Part shown: positions 26,245 through 35,192 of the stretch, in pieces
Numbering within the stretch: the first letter of the stretch is position 1
How the letters are laid out: every line of letters begins with the position of its first letter
NCBI GenBank assembly: GCA_016929015.1
Contig: JAFGJQ010000043.1
Span: forward strand, 1-61,771
Source: Phycisphaerae bacterium
GTDB lineage: Bacteria; Planctomycetota; Phycisphaerae; UBA1845
DNA: 61,771 nucleotides
Direction: 5' to 3'
Translations under genes and position numbers: made by a program
Notes under the pieces: model-generated
The model's database searches: none
Seen by the model: only the letters and a program-made list of their open reading frames with translations
Told to the model about the DNA's origin: nothing

Positions 26245-27270
26245 CTACAGCCAGCCCTTGTGCGCGGCCCACATGTGCTGCTCCGGCGTCTGGCCGTCCG
26301 CCGCATTGCAGCCCAGGCAAAGCCGGCCCTTCGCATCCTTCGAGACCGTGGCGTAACACAGGCTCCCGGCATCGTCCTCGAACCGCCAGATCCAGTACTG
26401 GCAGTCCTCCACCTGCGCCGACCGCAGGAACGTCAGGTCCGCGGCCGTGAGGTCCTCGTCGTTTTGCTCTCGCCGAACGTAGTCCACGAGCTTTTTGAGG
26501 AATTCGGTGTGCCTGGCCGTCAGCTTGTCGCTGAGCGGCGGGAAGGACGACGGCATGCCCTCCGTGGCGTCGGGCTCCGGCTCCGGCGCCTTCGTCGGCG
26601 TGATGTCCGTCCGCATCCGCGTCAGGTCGGCCGTCTGGCGGTCCCCGATTCCGCCCCAGGGGGACCACTCCACGTCGGTGAAACCCTCACGCTGGATGAC
26701 CTCAACTACCCGTTCGGTCACAATCGGTCCCCTCAACTCATGCGGGCGCATGAAATCCGAGCCGTCCCAGGATGAGCGGTCAACGACGTAGGAATCATCG
26801 TCCCCCACGGGTGCATAGCGCTCGCGCCCACACACGCCACACGGGCCCTTGTATCTCACGTCACTGGCCTCCGGAATGATGTGAACGAACGTGTCCACGT
26901 AGATGTCCCACAACGGCGGCCCCTTGTACGGCCATGGCACGATCGGTCGCTTTCGCGATTCACGCTTGGCTGGGGCTTCGACCTTGACCGGCCAGGCAAC
27001 ATAGCCCTTCAGATCCGCGGCTTCAAAGGCAACCTTCACCCTGTCGGTCACAAGGAATTCCCAGGCTGCACCGCCGAAAATGAAATCCGGAATCTCGTCG
27101 GAGCCTGATCGCCAGCGAATCGCGTACGGCCCACGCCGACGTCTGTTTTCCGGCTCATAGCACACGCGGCACACTTCATCCGGATTCAGCCAGGGATGAG
27201 GCTCCGCAAGGCTGGTTTGCGCGAACCGTTCGCCGTACCAATCGCTTCTCTTGAGGAGATACAACAACAT
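26245..27270 (-). CDS. putative immunity protein (double-CxxC, Imm11/DUF1629-like) for the upstream RHS toxin, with an extra C-terminal domain
   Basis: It starts 33 nt downstream of the RHS stop on the same strand. Motifs: CRVCYEP and CGVCGRERY. There is no signal peptide. After a Pro/Glu linker (TKAPEPEPDATEG) comes a further ~110 aa of unknown domain. Confidence 0.55.
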   Translation of the reverse strand: MLLYLLKRSDWYGERFAQTSLAEPHPWLNPDEVCRVCYEPENRRRRGPYAIRWRSGSDEIPDFIFGGAAWEFLVTDRVKVAFEAADLKGYVAWPVKVEAPAKRESRKRPIVPWPYKGPPLWDIYVDTFVHIIPEASDVRYKGPCGVCGRERYAPVGDDDSYVVDRSSWDGSDFMRPHELRGPIVTERVVEVIQREGFTDVEWSPWGGIGDRQTADLTRMRTDITPTKAPEPEPDATEGMPSSFPPLSDKLTARHTEFLKKLVDYVRREQNDEDLTAADLTFLRSAQVEDCQYWIWRFEDDAGSLCYATVSKDAKGRLCLGCNAADGQTPEQHMWAAHKGWL

Positions 27271-27303
27271 GACTACAACATCCTTCTGAACTCGACCAGA
27301 CTA

Positions 27304-30300
27304 CTACCACCTTCCGTAGTAGATCATATCCAACGCAGTCTCGCGCATCGCCTTGAACGCCGCTACCATATCGTCAGGCTTCAGATGCTCGATTCCCCTG
27401 AACCAGTCCATCCACAGGCTGTTCCACCATCCGCCGCGCGCCCCTTCGTGCAGGAACCAGTGCAGTTCATCGGGAATCCCGAAGATATTCGGCTGTCCCT
27501 TTACGCCCACCACTATTTTGTACACGTCCGGATGGTCCCTCTTCAGAATCTTCAGCAACGCATCGGGCACCATATGATGCCGCTCAAGAACCGCTTCCCC
27601 GGCCTCTTTGATCGCCTTGACGATCTTCTTGATCTTCCGTTGCTTCGCTCCCAGTTCCGCCAGCGCCTTGACCGTCGCCTTCCGGAACGTCTTGCCGAAC
27701 TTGCCGAACGGCCCGGTCAGGATGTCGACGGCAACCCAGGCGCCTCGGCCCGCGAGGCTGACGGCCAGTTCCAGCGACAGGTTGCGGGCCTCGATCGCCG
27801 CGGCAATGTCCCGGAACATGCCGTACAGCGACCTACTGATGTCGTAGACAGTATACGCCTGCCACGCGTAGTTCGCCGCAGTGCCAAGCATGCCGATGTA
27901 CGTCCACTGCCCCGTCGGGTCGGTGAAGACCTGCGGGTTGCTCAGGACGTACTGGTAGAGGTTCAGCGACTCGGCGTAGTCCACCGGGTCGCGTTGGCAG
28001 AAGCGCCCGTGCCAGGGGTCGTATTCCCGGGCGCGGTAGTCATAGAGCGCCAGCAGCGGGCGGCCGGGTTGGCCGGTGACGGCGCCGTCCGCGTCCCGGA
28101 TGTCGAAGTCCAGACGCCGCCCGGTGAAGTAGTACGGATTGGCCGGCGCTGCGGACCCGCCGCGCGAACCCGTAAAAACCGTCTGAAGCGCGCCCGCGTC
28201 CGCGAGGTCCACGTCCCCGTCGCCGTCCAGGTCGCCGGGCTCGCAGCCGCCGGACGGAGGCACGCCCGGCCCGGCCAGGCAGGCGGCCAGCAGCGTCCCA
28301 TCCTCCACGTCGATGTCCAGGTCGCCGTCGAAGTCACCCCGGCCGTCCAGCAGAACCAGCAGCACCCGCGCGTCCCGCGTGTCCACGTCGCCGTCCGGCT
28401 CGGCGTCGAAGACGTCGCAGCCCGGCCCGTACGGCACGCCCGGCCCGCCGAAGCACACCTGGAACGCCGCAACGTCCGCGAGGTCCACGTCCCCGTCGCC
28501 GTCCGCATCTCCGACCGGCGGCAGCCCCGCCCCGCCGCCGCCGAACACCGCCGGCAGGCCGTAGGCGTCGTAGGTGTACCGCTGGACGACCTCGCCGGTC
28601 GCGTCGGCCAGCCCGGTGACGCTGTGCAACGCGGCGAGCAGATAGAAGAAATCCCGGCCGTGCTCGTGGATCAGCAGGTGTTCGTCCACGTACGTCGGGC
28701 CGTCGACGTAGTAGCGCAGCAGCGCGCCGGCGCCGTCGTATTCGGCCAGCACGCGCTGTCCGTCGTAGACGAAGCGGGTCGTTGCGCCGTCCCTGACCTG
28801 CGTGGCCCGGCGGCCGAGGGCGTCGTAGGTGAAGGTTGCGAGGACAGTGCCGGCGGGGTCGTGGACCTCGATCAGTCGCTGCTCATAGTCGTACGCCAGC
28901 GTGTAGCCGGTCTCCGTGCGGGTCAGGTTGCCGGCGTTGTCATGCTGCGGATCGACCGCGCCGGGGGTGATGTCGGTGTACTCGTTGACGCAGTTGTGGG
29001 CGTACGTGGTGTCCGCGCCGGCGCGATCGGTGTAGGTGAGGCGGTTGCCCAGCAGGTCGTAGTCGAAGAGCTCGCTGCCGGCGTCGGCGGCGTAGGCCGC
29101 CGAGGTGAGGCGGTGGAAGTCGTCGTACCCGTAGAGAATCGAATCGGCGATGGTGGGGTCGCCGGCCACCTCGGCCGTCTCGCGATTGCCCACGTTGTCG
29201 TAGGTGTAGTCGTAGCGGTCCAGCTCCGTCAGCGTGCCGGCCACGTCCGCGCGGTTGACGATGGCCGGCTCCCGCCGATGCACGTCGTAGTCCACGTGCC
29301 GGCGGATCCACGTCTCGGTGGGGCCGGCGGTGCGCGCCGCCCGGTCCGTGGGGAACCGGCCGGCGTACGCGTAGTCGGCCAGTAACTGGCCGTTGCGGTG
29401 GACGGCGGTTGTTTGCCCGAGTCCGTCATGGTCAAACGTCAGGGTGACGCCGACGTCGGCGGGGTAGCCCAGCAGCGTGCGGTCGCCCGCCTGGTTGTGG
29501 TCGTACGTGACCGTCTTGCTGACGCCGGCGACGGTTTGCGTTTCCGTGGTGACCTGGCCGAACCCGTCATGCGAGAACGTGACGCGGTGGCTCGCGTCGC
29601 GCTGGGCCAGGGTCATCCAGCCCAGCGGCGTGTAGGTGAAGGTCTCTTCGAGCAAACCGCCGACGGTTTTGGTGAGCACCTGGCCCCGCCGGTTGTGCGT
29701 GTAGAGTGAGATCTGCCCGCGCGGATCGGTGCGCTGCGTCATCCGGCCGGCGTCGTCGTAGACGTACACCCACGCCCCGCCGTCGCAGAAGTCGATCCGC
29801 GTGCGGCGGCCGAGCTTGTCGTTGGCGTACGTCGTGGTTTCCGTCAGGCCCAGGCCGTCCCAGGTCCGCTGAAGCGTCAGGTGGCCAAGCTGGTTGAACT
29901 GCGATTCGGTCTGCCGCGGGGCCGCCGCGTCGGCGTTTTCGCGAATCCACGTCTGGTCACCGAAGGCGTTGTACGTGTACTGCGCGGCGACGTCCTCGGC
30001 GTCCACCGTGCGCGTGCACCGGCCGAGCGCGTCATACTCGTGCGTGGTGGTCAGCGCCGGCGGGCCGTTGGCGACTTCAGAGGTCAACCGGCCCAGGTTG
30101 TCGTAGCCGTAGGTGTACGACCGCGTGCCGAGCGGCGGCTCCGTGACGGTCTTCGTCAGCACCTGGTTGTGGACGGTGTAGGTTCGTGATTCGGTGTTCC
30201 CTTGCGGGTCGGTGATCAGCGTCAGCCGGCCGATGGCGTCGTAGTCGTAATCGGTCGTCCGCGGCTGCGGCGGGTCGCCGGCGTAGGTCGTTTCCGTATC

Positions 30301-33300
30301 CACGCGTTCCGAGCCGGCCACGTAGGTCAGGTCCGTCACGCGGTCCACCGTCAGGCTGACGGGCCCCGCATCGGCCGGGTCGGCCATCTGCACGCGGCGT
30401 GTGTTGCGGCCCAGCTCGTCGTATTCCCGGCGTTTCTGGGTCAGCGGCGTGCCGCCGGCGTCGTACGCCGTTTCGCGGATGCAGTTGTCGCGGCTGTTGT
30501 ACGCACTGACCACGCGTAGATCGAGCGTGGCGCCTTCGTATCGCTGGTCCTCGACCGGCCGGCCGAGCGCATCGTACGTAAACCGGATTTCGTTGCCGGC
30601 CGGGTCTTCAATGAAGACCACGTTCCCGCGGCCGTCGTGGTCGTAGGTCGTCACGCCGCCCTCGGCGTCGGTCATGGACGTCTGCCGATTGGCGAAGTCA
30701 CACGTGAAGACCGTTTCGGCGTTCCCGGCGGCGGCTTTCTGCCGGCGCAGTGTCGCGTTGCCCGCCCGATCGAAGCCGATTTCCGTGACGCGGTCGGCGT
30801 TGTTGCTGGGCGAGCCGCCCGGCGCGGCCAGCTCTCGCATTCGCCACGGCCGGCCCAGGTTGTCGTACTCGCTCCGGGTCTCCGAGAGCGTGGCGACCGT
30901 CTGCGTATCGACGACATATTGCCGCGTCACCTGCCCGGCGTCGTCGTACTCGTAGTGTGTCGTACCGTCCGGCCGGATCTCGGCTGTCCGCCGGTTGTAG
31001 GCGTCGTATTGGTAGGTGGTTTCGGTCGCGCAGTCCGGGCAGCCCTGGCACGAACGATGGACCAGGTTGCCGTTCAGGTCATATGCGTACGTGCTGACCA
31101 GCACCGGGGCCGGCCCGATTCGCGTTTCGACAATCTGCCCGCGGCCGTTGCGGATAGTCTGCTTCCAGAGCCCGTCGGGGTACGTAATCCGCGTGATGCG
31201 GTCCTGCGCGTCGTATTCATACGTCGTGACCTGGTTGCCCGGCGTGACGGTCCGGCTGACCACCCGGCCGTAGTCGTCGTAGGCGTATGCGGTGACGACC
31301 CAGCCTGCCGGCGCGTTGAGCGTGAACGGCCCGTCGTTGTCCGCGACGCGCACCTCGGCCAGCCGGCCGTCCGTGTACACGTAATCGGTCTGGCGGAGCA
31401 CCGGTCCGCTCGCGCCCGCGGCGTACGTATACGTCCGGATCAGCATTCCGGCGCTGTTCCATTCCTGCCGCGTGACGTAGCCGTCCGGGTCCGTACGCTG
31501 GACTTCCTGGCCGAACGCGTCGTGTGTGAACAGCCATTCAATCTGGTCCGCGCCCGGCTTCTCCGCTCGCCGATTCAGGTTGTCGTAAGTGTCGTAGTCG
31601 TAGTCGATTGTGACGGTCGCGCCGGTGCCGTCGTTGCGGGTTTCGTAGTCGACGCGGTGCTTGCTGTCGTAGGTGCGCGTGCGAAACGCCCGGAAGCCCG
31701 TGTACACGCCGGTCGTCACCAACGGGTCGTCCCGCCGCGTCAGGAAGCCGCCGGAATCGTACGTGAGATCGGTGCAGGCGTTGCGAGATACGTCGCATTC
31801 CTGCGTGATCTGCCAGATGCCCCAGTCCGGGCCGCTCGGATTGTTCCGTGCCCAGGTGCGGGTCATGTGACTTTGGGGCCCGGCCGGCATCCCCGTTATT
31901 CCCGGAGGCGCCATGAACGCCTCGACCACGTTAAAGTCGCAGTTAAACAGGGTGTATTCCGAGAGGTCTCCGGCCGGCCAGGTCTTCTGCATGCAGCGGG
32001 TCATCACGACCTGCTCGCCGCCGATCGAGCATATCTGATGGTAGAAGAGGTCCGCTTCGCCCGGTTGGGTATTCTCCGGCGGAATGTGATAGTCGAAGAC
32101 GGTGATCGCCGGGACCCCGTTTGTGCTGCTCAACTCCTCATACTCGGCCAGCCTGAGAACCTGGTTGTGCTTGTCGATCGCCCGAATGGCCACCTGATAG
32201 TCCGTCTCGTCGACATAGAATCGGGCTTCCATGATGGAGTTGCTGTTGGCCTCTTCATACGGCCCGTAAAGAAACTCGGCGAGGGTCTGAAGGTTGCCCA
32301 TGCCCGTTGAGCCGCGGGTCCGCTTGATGAGCCGCCCCTGGGAGTCGTAGGCAAACTCGGCCAGGACGTTGCCCGCCAGGTCGGACACCTTCCTCAGTTT
32401 GCGGTCGTACTTCGTGACCGGATCGCCGTCGTCGGGATACCACTCGTAGAGCCGGCTCGGTCCGCCCCCGGTTATCGAGGCCTGTACCAGCGGGCGCGTG
32501 CCGGGATCGAGGGGGTTTACGGGCGGATCAAACCGCGTCTCTACCTGACGAGTGCCGTCGGGTGAAGTCCCGGTTACTGTCAGGAGAAGCCGGCTTCCCT
32601 GCGTCGCGTAGGCGTAGTCGATCTTCAGGCTCGGCGAAGCGGTCTCCTTTTGCCGGATCAGGTTGCCGGCCACCGTGCCGCCCTGGTAGTCGTACGTGCG
32701 CTGCGACGTTCCGCTGCCGGCCGGCTGATGGACGTTGATCAGCTTCGCGCTGCGGAACCAGTAGTCTTCGTGCGTAATCTGCCCCGGCGTCTCAGAGCTG
32801 TCCGTTGCGAGGAAGCGGTACGACTTGTCCGCGCAGGTGTCGTTCACGCGCAGCCGCGTCTGGCCTCCCTCCTGGTAGAAGGCCCAGTCCCAGCCCGGCA
32901 CGTCCTCCACGGCAAACCAGACCCCGAACATGTTGACGGCCACGAAAGTGTTACTGTACACGCTGTCAAACGCGTACCATTTGGCATCGTTGCCGAGAGT
33001 CTCGCCCAGGCTGCGGCCCGCTCTCCAGCGGTTGTGACCGACCCGCATCGACGGCAGCTCGACGTTCAGATCGTTGACCACCCGCACGCCAACCGCCTCA
33101 AACTCCGCGGTCTGCTGCCGGGCCTCCGGCAGGTTGGACGCCGCACACTCGTCATCCAGCGGCGGCGGTTCGATCCACCAGTCCTCCGTGCTCTTGTCCG
33201 AGCAGACGCCGACGTCCAGCGTGTCCGTCCGGGCGAAATCGACGCGGTCGCCGTCGCGTGGGACCGGGCAGCCGTAGCTGTCGCCCGCCCAGCGCAGCGT

Positions 33301-34191
33301 GTGGAGGAACAGCCGCACTGTACGGCCCTTCACGTCGTCCAGGGAGCGTCCGTCCTTCAGCCCGACCTCTACATAGTCGGGGACCGTACGCCATTCCGAC
33401 TGGCGGAACGTCACGTCCGGAGGATTCCAGGTGAACACAAGATCCTGAAACATGATGCTGCCGAGGCTACGCAGCGGCGCCTTGCGATAGTCCCATTCAT
33501 AGTACGAGCCTGGATGCGTCAGGACCGCGCCCGCCACCTTCACATCGAAGATCGTTTCGTCGTAAACGGCCGTTACAAAGAACAACGCCCCGGCGTAATC
33601 GCTCGCGGATGAAGTGCTGCCCCCCAAGCTGATCGCGTAGCGAGCCGCGGCGGCGACCGGCCGAGCGCTGTTCGTGCATTCCAGCGGGATGTTCTTCAGG
33701 CACTCGAACCCGTCGATCGGCTCGAAACGAGCTTCGTACGTCGGCGCGGGCGGCGCTGCCCAGTCCAACGCAACTCCGAAGTCGCCGAACGTGAGTGGGG
33801 CCGCCTCGACGGGACCACTCACATTCCAACACATCAGGTTGTCCTGGTAGTACCAGGTGGCAAACGTGCTCCAGCAGTCGCACCCTCCGTATTCACCGCA
33901 CTGATTGGGGAAGTAGACCTGCGGCGCCCACAACCCGTCGCCGCAGTCCGGACCCACGTACGCCCAATCCCAGTAGTAGTAGTACCACTGGCTGTAGATC
34001 GGCGGCGGATATATCTCGCTTCGACCCTCCCTCGCCCACGCCTCTCGAGCGCCCCAGAGCCGACTCGGCGGATCTACTCTTTGCGGTTTGAACTCCAGCC
34101 CCTCGGCACACACTGCCGTCGGCCACGCCGCCAGCGCCGCGAACACCAACGCTCCGAACCACATCTGACGCACCGTCTTCCGCTCGATCAT
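27304..34191 (-). CDS. 2,295-aa RHS/YD-repeat polymorphic toxin with Sec signal peptide and C-terminal AHH-like (HNH/EndoVII-fold) nuclease domain
   Basis: AGGAGGG RBS precedes the ATG at 34191. Signal: MWFGALVFAALAAWPTAVCA. Dozens of YD repeats (YDALGR, YDxxGN, YDxxDR...). RHS core end: YRAREYDPWHGRFCQRDPVDYAESLNLYQYVLSNPQVFTDPTGQ. The C-terminal 200 aa carry ERHHMVPD...NIFGIPDELHWFLHEG. Confidence 0.9.
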   Translation of the reverse strand: MIERKTVRQMWFGALVFAALAAWPTAVCAEGLEFKPQRVDPPSRLWGAREAWAREGRSEIYPPPIYSQWYYYYWDWAYVGPDCGDGLWAPQVYFPNQCGEYGGCDCWSTFATWYYQDNLMCWNVSGPVEAAPLTFGDFGVALDWAAPPAPTYEARFEPIDGFECLKNIPLECTNSARPVAAAARYAISLGGSTSSASDYAGALFFVTAVYDETIFDVKVAGAVLTHPGSYYEWDYRKAPLRSLGSIMFQDLVFTWNPPDVTFRQSEWRTVPDYVEVGLKDGRSLDDVKGRTVRLFLHTLRWAGDSYGCPVPRDGDRVDFARTDTLDVGVCSDKSTEDWWIEPPPLDDECAASNLPEARQQTAEFEAVGVRVVNDLNVELPSMRVGHNRWRAGRSLGETLGNDAKWYAFDSVYSNTFVAVNMFGVWFAVEDVPGWDWAFYQEGGQTRLRVNDTCADKSYRFLATDSSETPGQITHEDYWFRSAKLINVHQPAGSGTSQRTYDYQGGTVAGNLIRQKETASPSLKIDYAYATQGSRLLLTVTGTSPDGTRQVETRFDPPVNPLDPGTRPLVQASITGGGPSRLYEWYPDDGDPVTKYDRKLRKVSDLAGNVLAEFAYDSQGRLIKRTRGSTGMGNLQTLAEFLYGPYEEANSNSIMEARFYVDETDYQVAIRAIDKHNQVLRLAEYEELSSTNGVPAITVFDYHIPPENTQPGEADLFYHQICSIGGEQVVMTRCMQKTWPAGDLSEYTLFNCDFNVVEAFMAPPGITGMPAGPQSHMTRTWARNNPSGPDWGIWQITQECDVSRNACTDLTYDSGGFLTRRDDPLVTTGVYTGFRAFRTRTYDSKHRVDYETRNDGTGATVTIDYDYDTYDNLNRRAEKPGADQIEWLFTHDAFGQEVQRTDPDGYVTRQEWNSAGMLIRTYTYAAGASGPVLRQTDYVYTDGRLAEVRVADNDGPFTLNAPAGWVVTAYAYDDYGRVVSRTVTPGNQVTTYEYDAQDRITRITYPDGLWKQTIRNGRGQIVETRIGPAPVLVSTYAYDLNGNLVHRSCQGCPDCATETTYQYDAYNRRTAEIRPDGTTHYEYDDAGQVTRQYVVDTQTVATLSETRSEYDNLGRPWRMRELAAPGGSPSNNADRVTEIGFDRAGNATLRRQKAAAGNAETVFTCDFANRQTSMTDAEGGVTTYDHDGRGNVVFIEDPAGNEIRFTYDALGRPVEDQRYEGATLDLRVVSAYNSRDNCIRETAYDAGGTPLTQKRREYDELGRNTRRVQMADPADAGPVSLTVDRVTDLTYVAGSERVDTETTYAGDPPQPRTTDYDYDAIGRLTLITDPQGNTESRTYTVHNQVLTKTVTEPPLGTRSYTYGYDNLGRLTSEVANGPPALTTTHEYDALGRCTRTVDAEDVAAQYTYNAFGDQTWIRENADAAAPRQTESQFNQLGHLTLQRTWDGLGLTETTTYANDKLGRRTRIDFCDGGAWVYVYDDAGRMTQRTDPRGQISLYTHNRRGQVLTKTVGGLLEETFTYTPLGWMTLAQRDASHRVTFSHDGFGQVTTETQTVAGVSKTVTYDHNQAGDRTLLGYPADVGVTLTFDHDGLGQTTAVHRNGQLLADYAYAGRFPTDRAARTAGPTETWIRRHVDYDVHRREPAIVNRADVAGTLTELDRYDYTYDNVGNRETAEVAGDPTIADSILYGYDDFHRLTSAAYAADAGSELFDYDLLGNRLTYTDRAGADTTYAHNCVNEYTDITPGAVDPQHDNAGNLTRTETGYTLAYDYEQRLIEVHDPAGTVLATFTYDALGRRATQVRDGATTRFVYDGQRVLAEYDGAGALLRYYVDGPTYVDEHLLIHEHGRDFFYLLAALHSVTGLADATGEVVQRYTYDAYGLPAVFGGGGAGLPPVGDADGDGDVDLADVAAFQVCFGGPGVPYGPGCDVFDAEPDGDVDTRDARVLLVLLDGRGDFDGDLDIDVEDGTLLAACLAGPGVPPSGGCEPGDLDGDGDVDLADAGALQTVFTGSRGGSAAPANPYYFTGRRLDFDIRDADGAVTGQPGRPLLALYDYRAREYDPWHGRFCQRDPVDYAESLNLYQYVLSNPQVFTDPTGQWTYIGMLGTAANYAWQAYTVYDISRSLYGMFRDIAAAIEARNLSLELAVSLAGRGAWVAVDILTGPFGKFGKTFRKATVKALAELGAKQRKIKKIVKAIKEAGEAVLERHHMVPDALLKILKRDHPDVYKIVVGVKGQPNIFGIPDELHWFLHEGARGGWWNSLWMDWFRGIEHLKPDDMVAAFKAMRETALDMIYYGRW

Positions 34192-35018
34192 CGAACGACC
34201 CTCCTGGCAAGAGACAACAGCTTCCCCGCAGCAGCCGACCGCCGGCTTGTTGCCGGGCGGCGGCTCGTCAGTTCGCCCGCCGGAAACGCCGCAGAACCCC
34301 ACGGCTCAAGAGCAGTGGCACACCAGGCGCGCACACTGGGCGCGGATGGTTGGGCGCAGCTTGTTTTGTCGTTACGAACGGGCCCCTGACGCTTTCGCCG
34401 GCGTCAGGGGTGGGGGTGCGCAGACGCGCTGCGCGGGGCGCAGATCCCCTCCATTGGATTCACTCCTCCTACGCGAGAATAGAAACTGCCACGCGACGGA
34501 CATCATGGGTCCCCAAAACGGCCCATCCAGCATGAAGAAATGACAGAACCCCCTCCGTGGGAGAATCTGCTTGTTGCCGTTGCGCCAAATGCTTGTAGCG
34601 CAACCATACCACAGAGCATCCGCAGGGGCAAGCGAAAAACGCAGAGAAACCGGCCATTGCGAAACAAACGTGACTGCCATCATTCGGCACTGTGAGTGCA
34701 ATCACTCAGCCGGGCGGCAGGACAATGACACGGAAGGCGGTGAGGGTGGGAGACAAGTGAGGGATGGTGTCTGGGAGAGTCGGCTTCCCCCCGGCTCGAA
34801 GCCGGGGGCACTCGCCGGCCGGCTGAAGCCGGCCGGTGCGTCGGCGGCTCAGAGGCAAGTGTTCCGCGAGGCGGGTCCGGCAACTGCTGCGAAGCCCCGT
34901 GCCGGGATGGCTGGATCCGAACACCAGAAAAAACGGCCCAGGAGGCGGACCCTGCAATGGCCGCCACCGGGCAGCGCCGTCGATTCATGCGCGCGTCCCT
35001 TCGTCCCTTCGTCCCTTG

Positions 35019-35117
35019 GGTTGCGGGCGCAGCCCGCGCTGCGTTTTTGCGCTTCGTAACTGCTCAGCGGAATTGCGTCACGTCCGGCCACTCTACGTTG
35101 GCCAGGCCGGCGACGCG
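35019..35117. repeat. degenerate duplicate of the surE 3' end plus its downstream hairpin (copy A)
   Basis: By hand alignment to 38747-38863: 31 nt are identical (ttgcgggcgcagcccgcgctgcgtttttgcg), then a 16-nt indel, then 57 of 67 nt match. The minus strand reads ...RVAGLANVEWPDVTQFR*, against ...SRLADLADVDWPDVTQFR* in surE. Confidence 0.85.
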
Positions 35118-35192
35118 GCGTTGATGATGCGGCGAAACGTCACTCCCGGCGGGCACCAGGCCCGATGCCCGCTCTGAAGCCAAGGCAAGGCG

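Noticed and set aside
27196-33612. Long plus-strand ORFs (27196-29385, 30637-32310, 32650-33612 and others)
   Set aside because: All lie antisense to the RHS gene, whose YD-repeat periodicity and core motif establish the coding strand.
34303-35018. Several 60-160-aa ORFs between the RHS gene and the surE-end duplicate
   Set aside because: They overlap each other in different frames and contain REP hairpins (ESRLPPGSKPGALAGRLKPAG). No motif or RBS is present, so the region is treated as non-coding.
35028-35048. Hairpin cgcagc-ccgc-gctgcg plus T5 as a rho-independent terminator (second copy at 38757-38777)
   Set aside because: The T tract is on the plus strand, but no plus-strand gene ends upstream of either copy. 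For minus-strand surE the hairpin is preceded, not followed, by the run. It may still act bidirectionally, but I cannot support a call.
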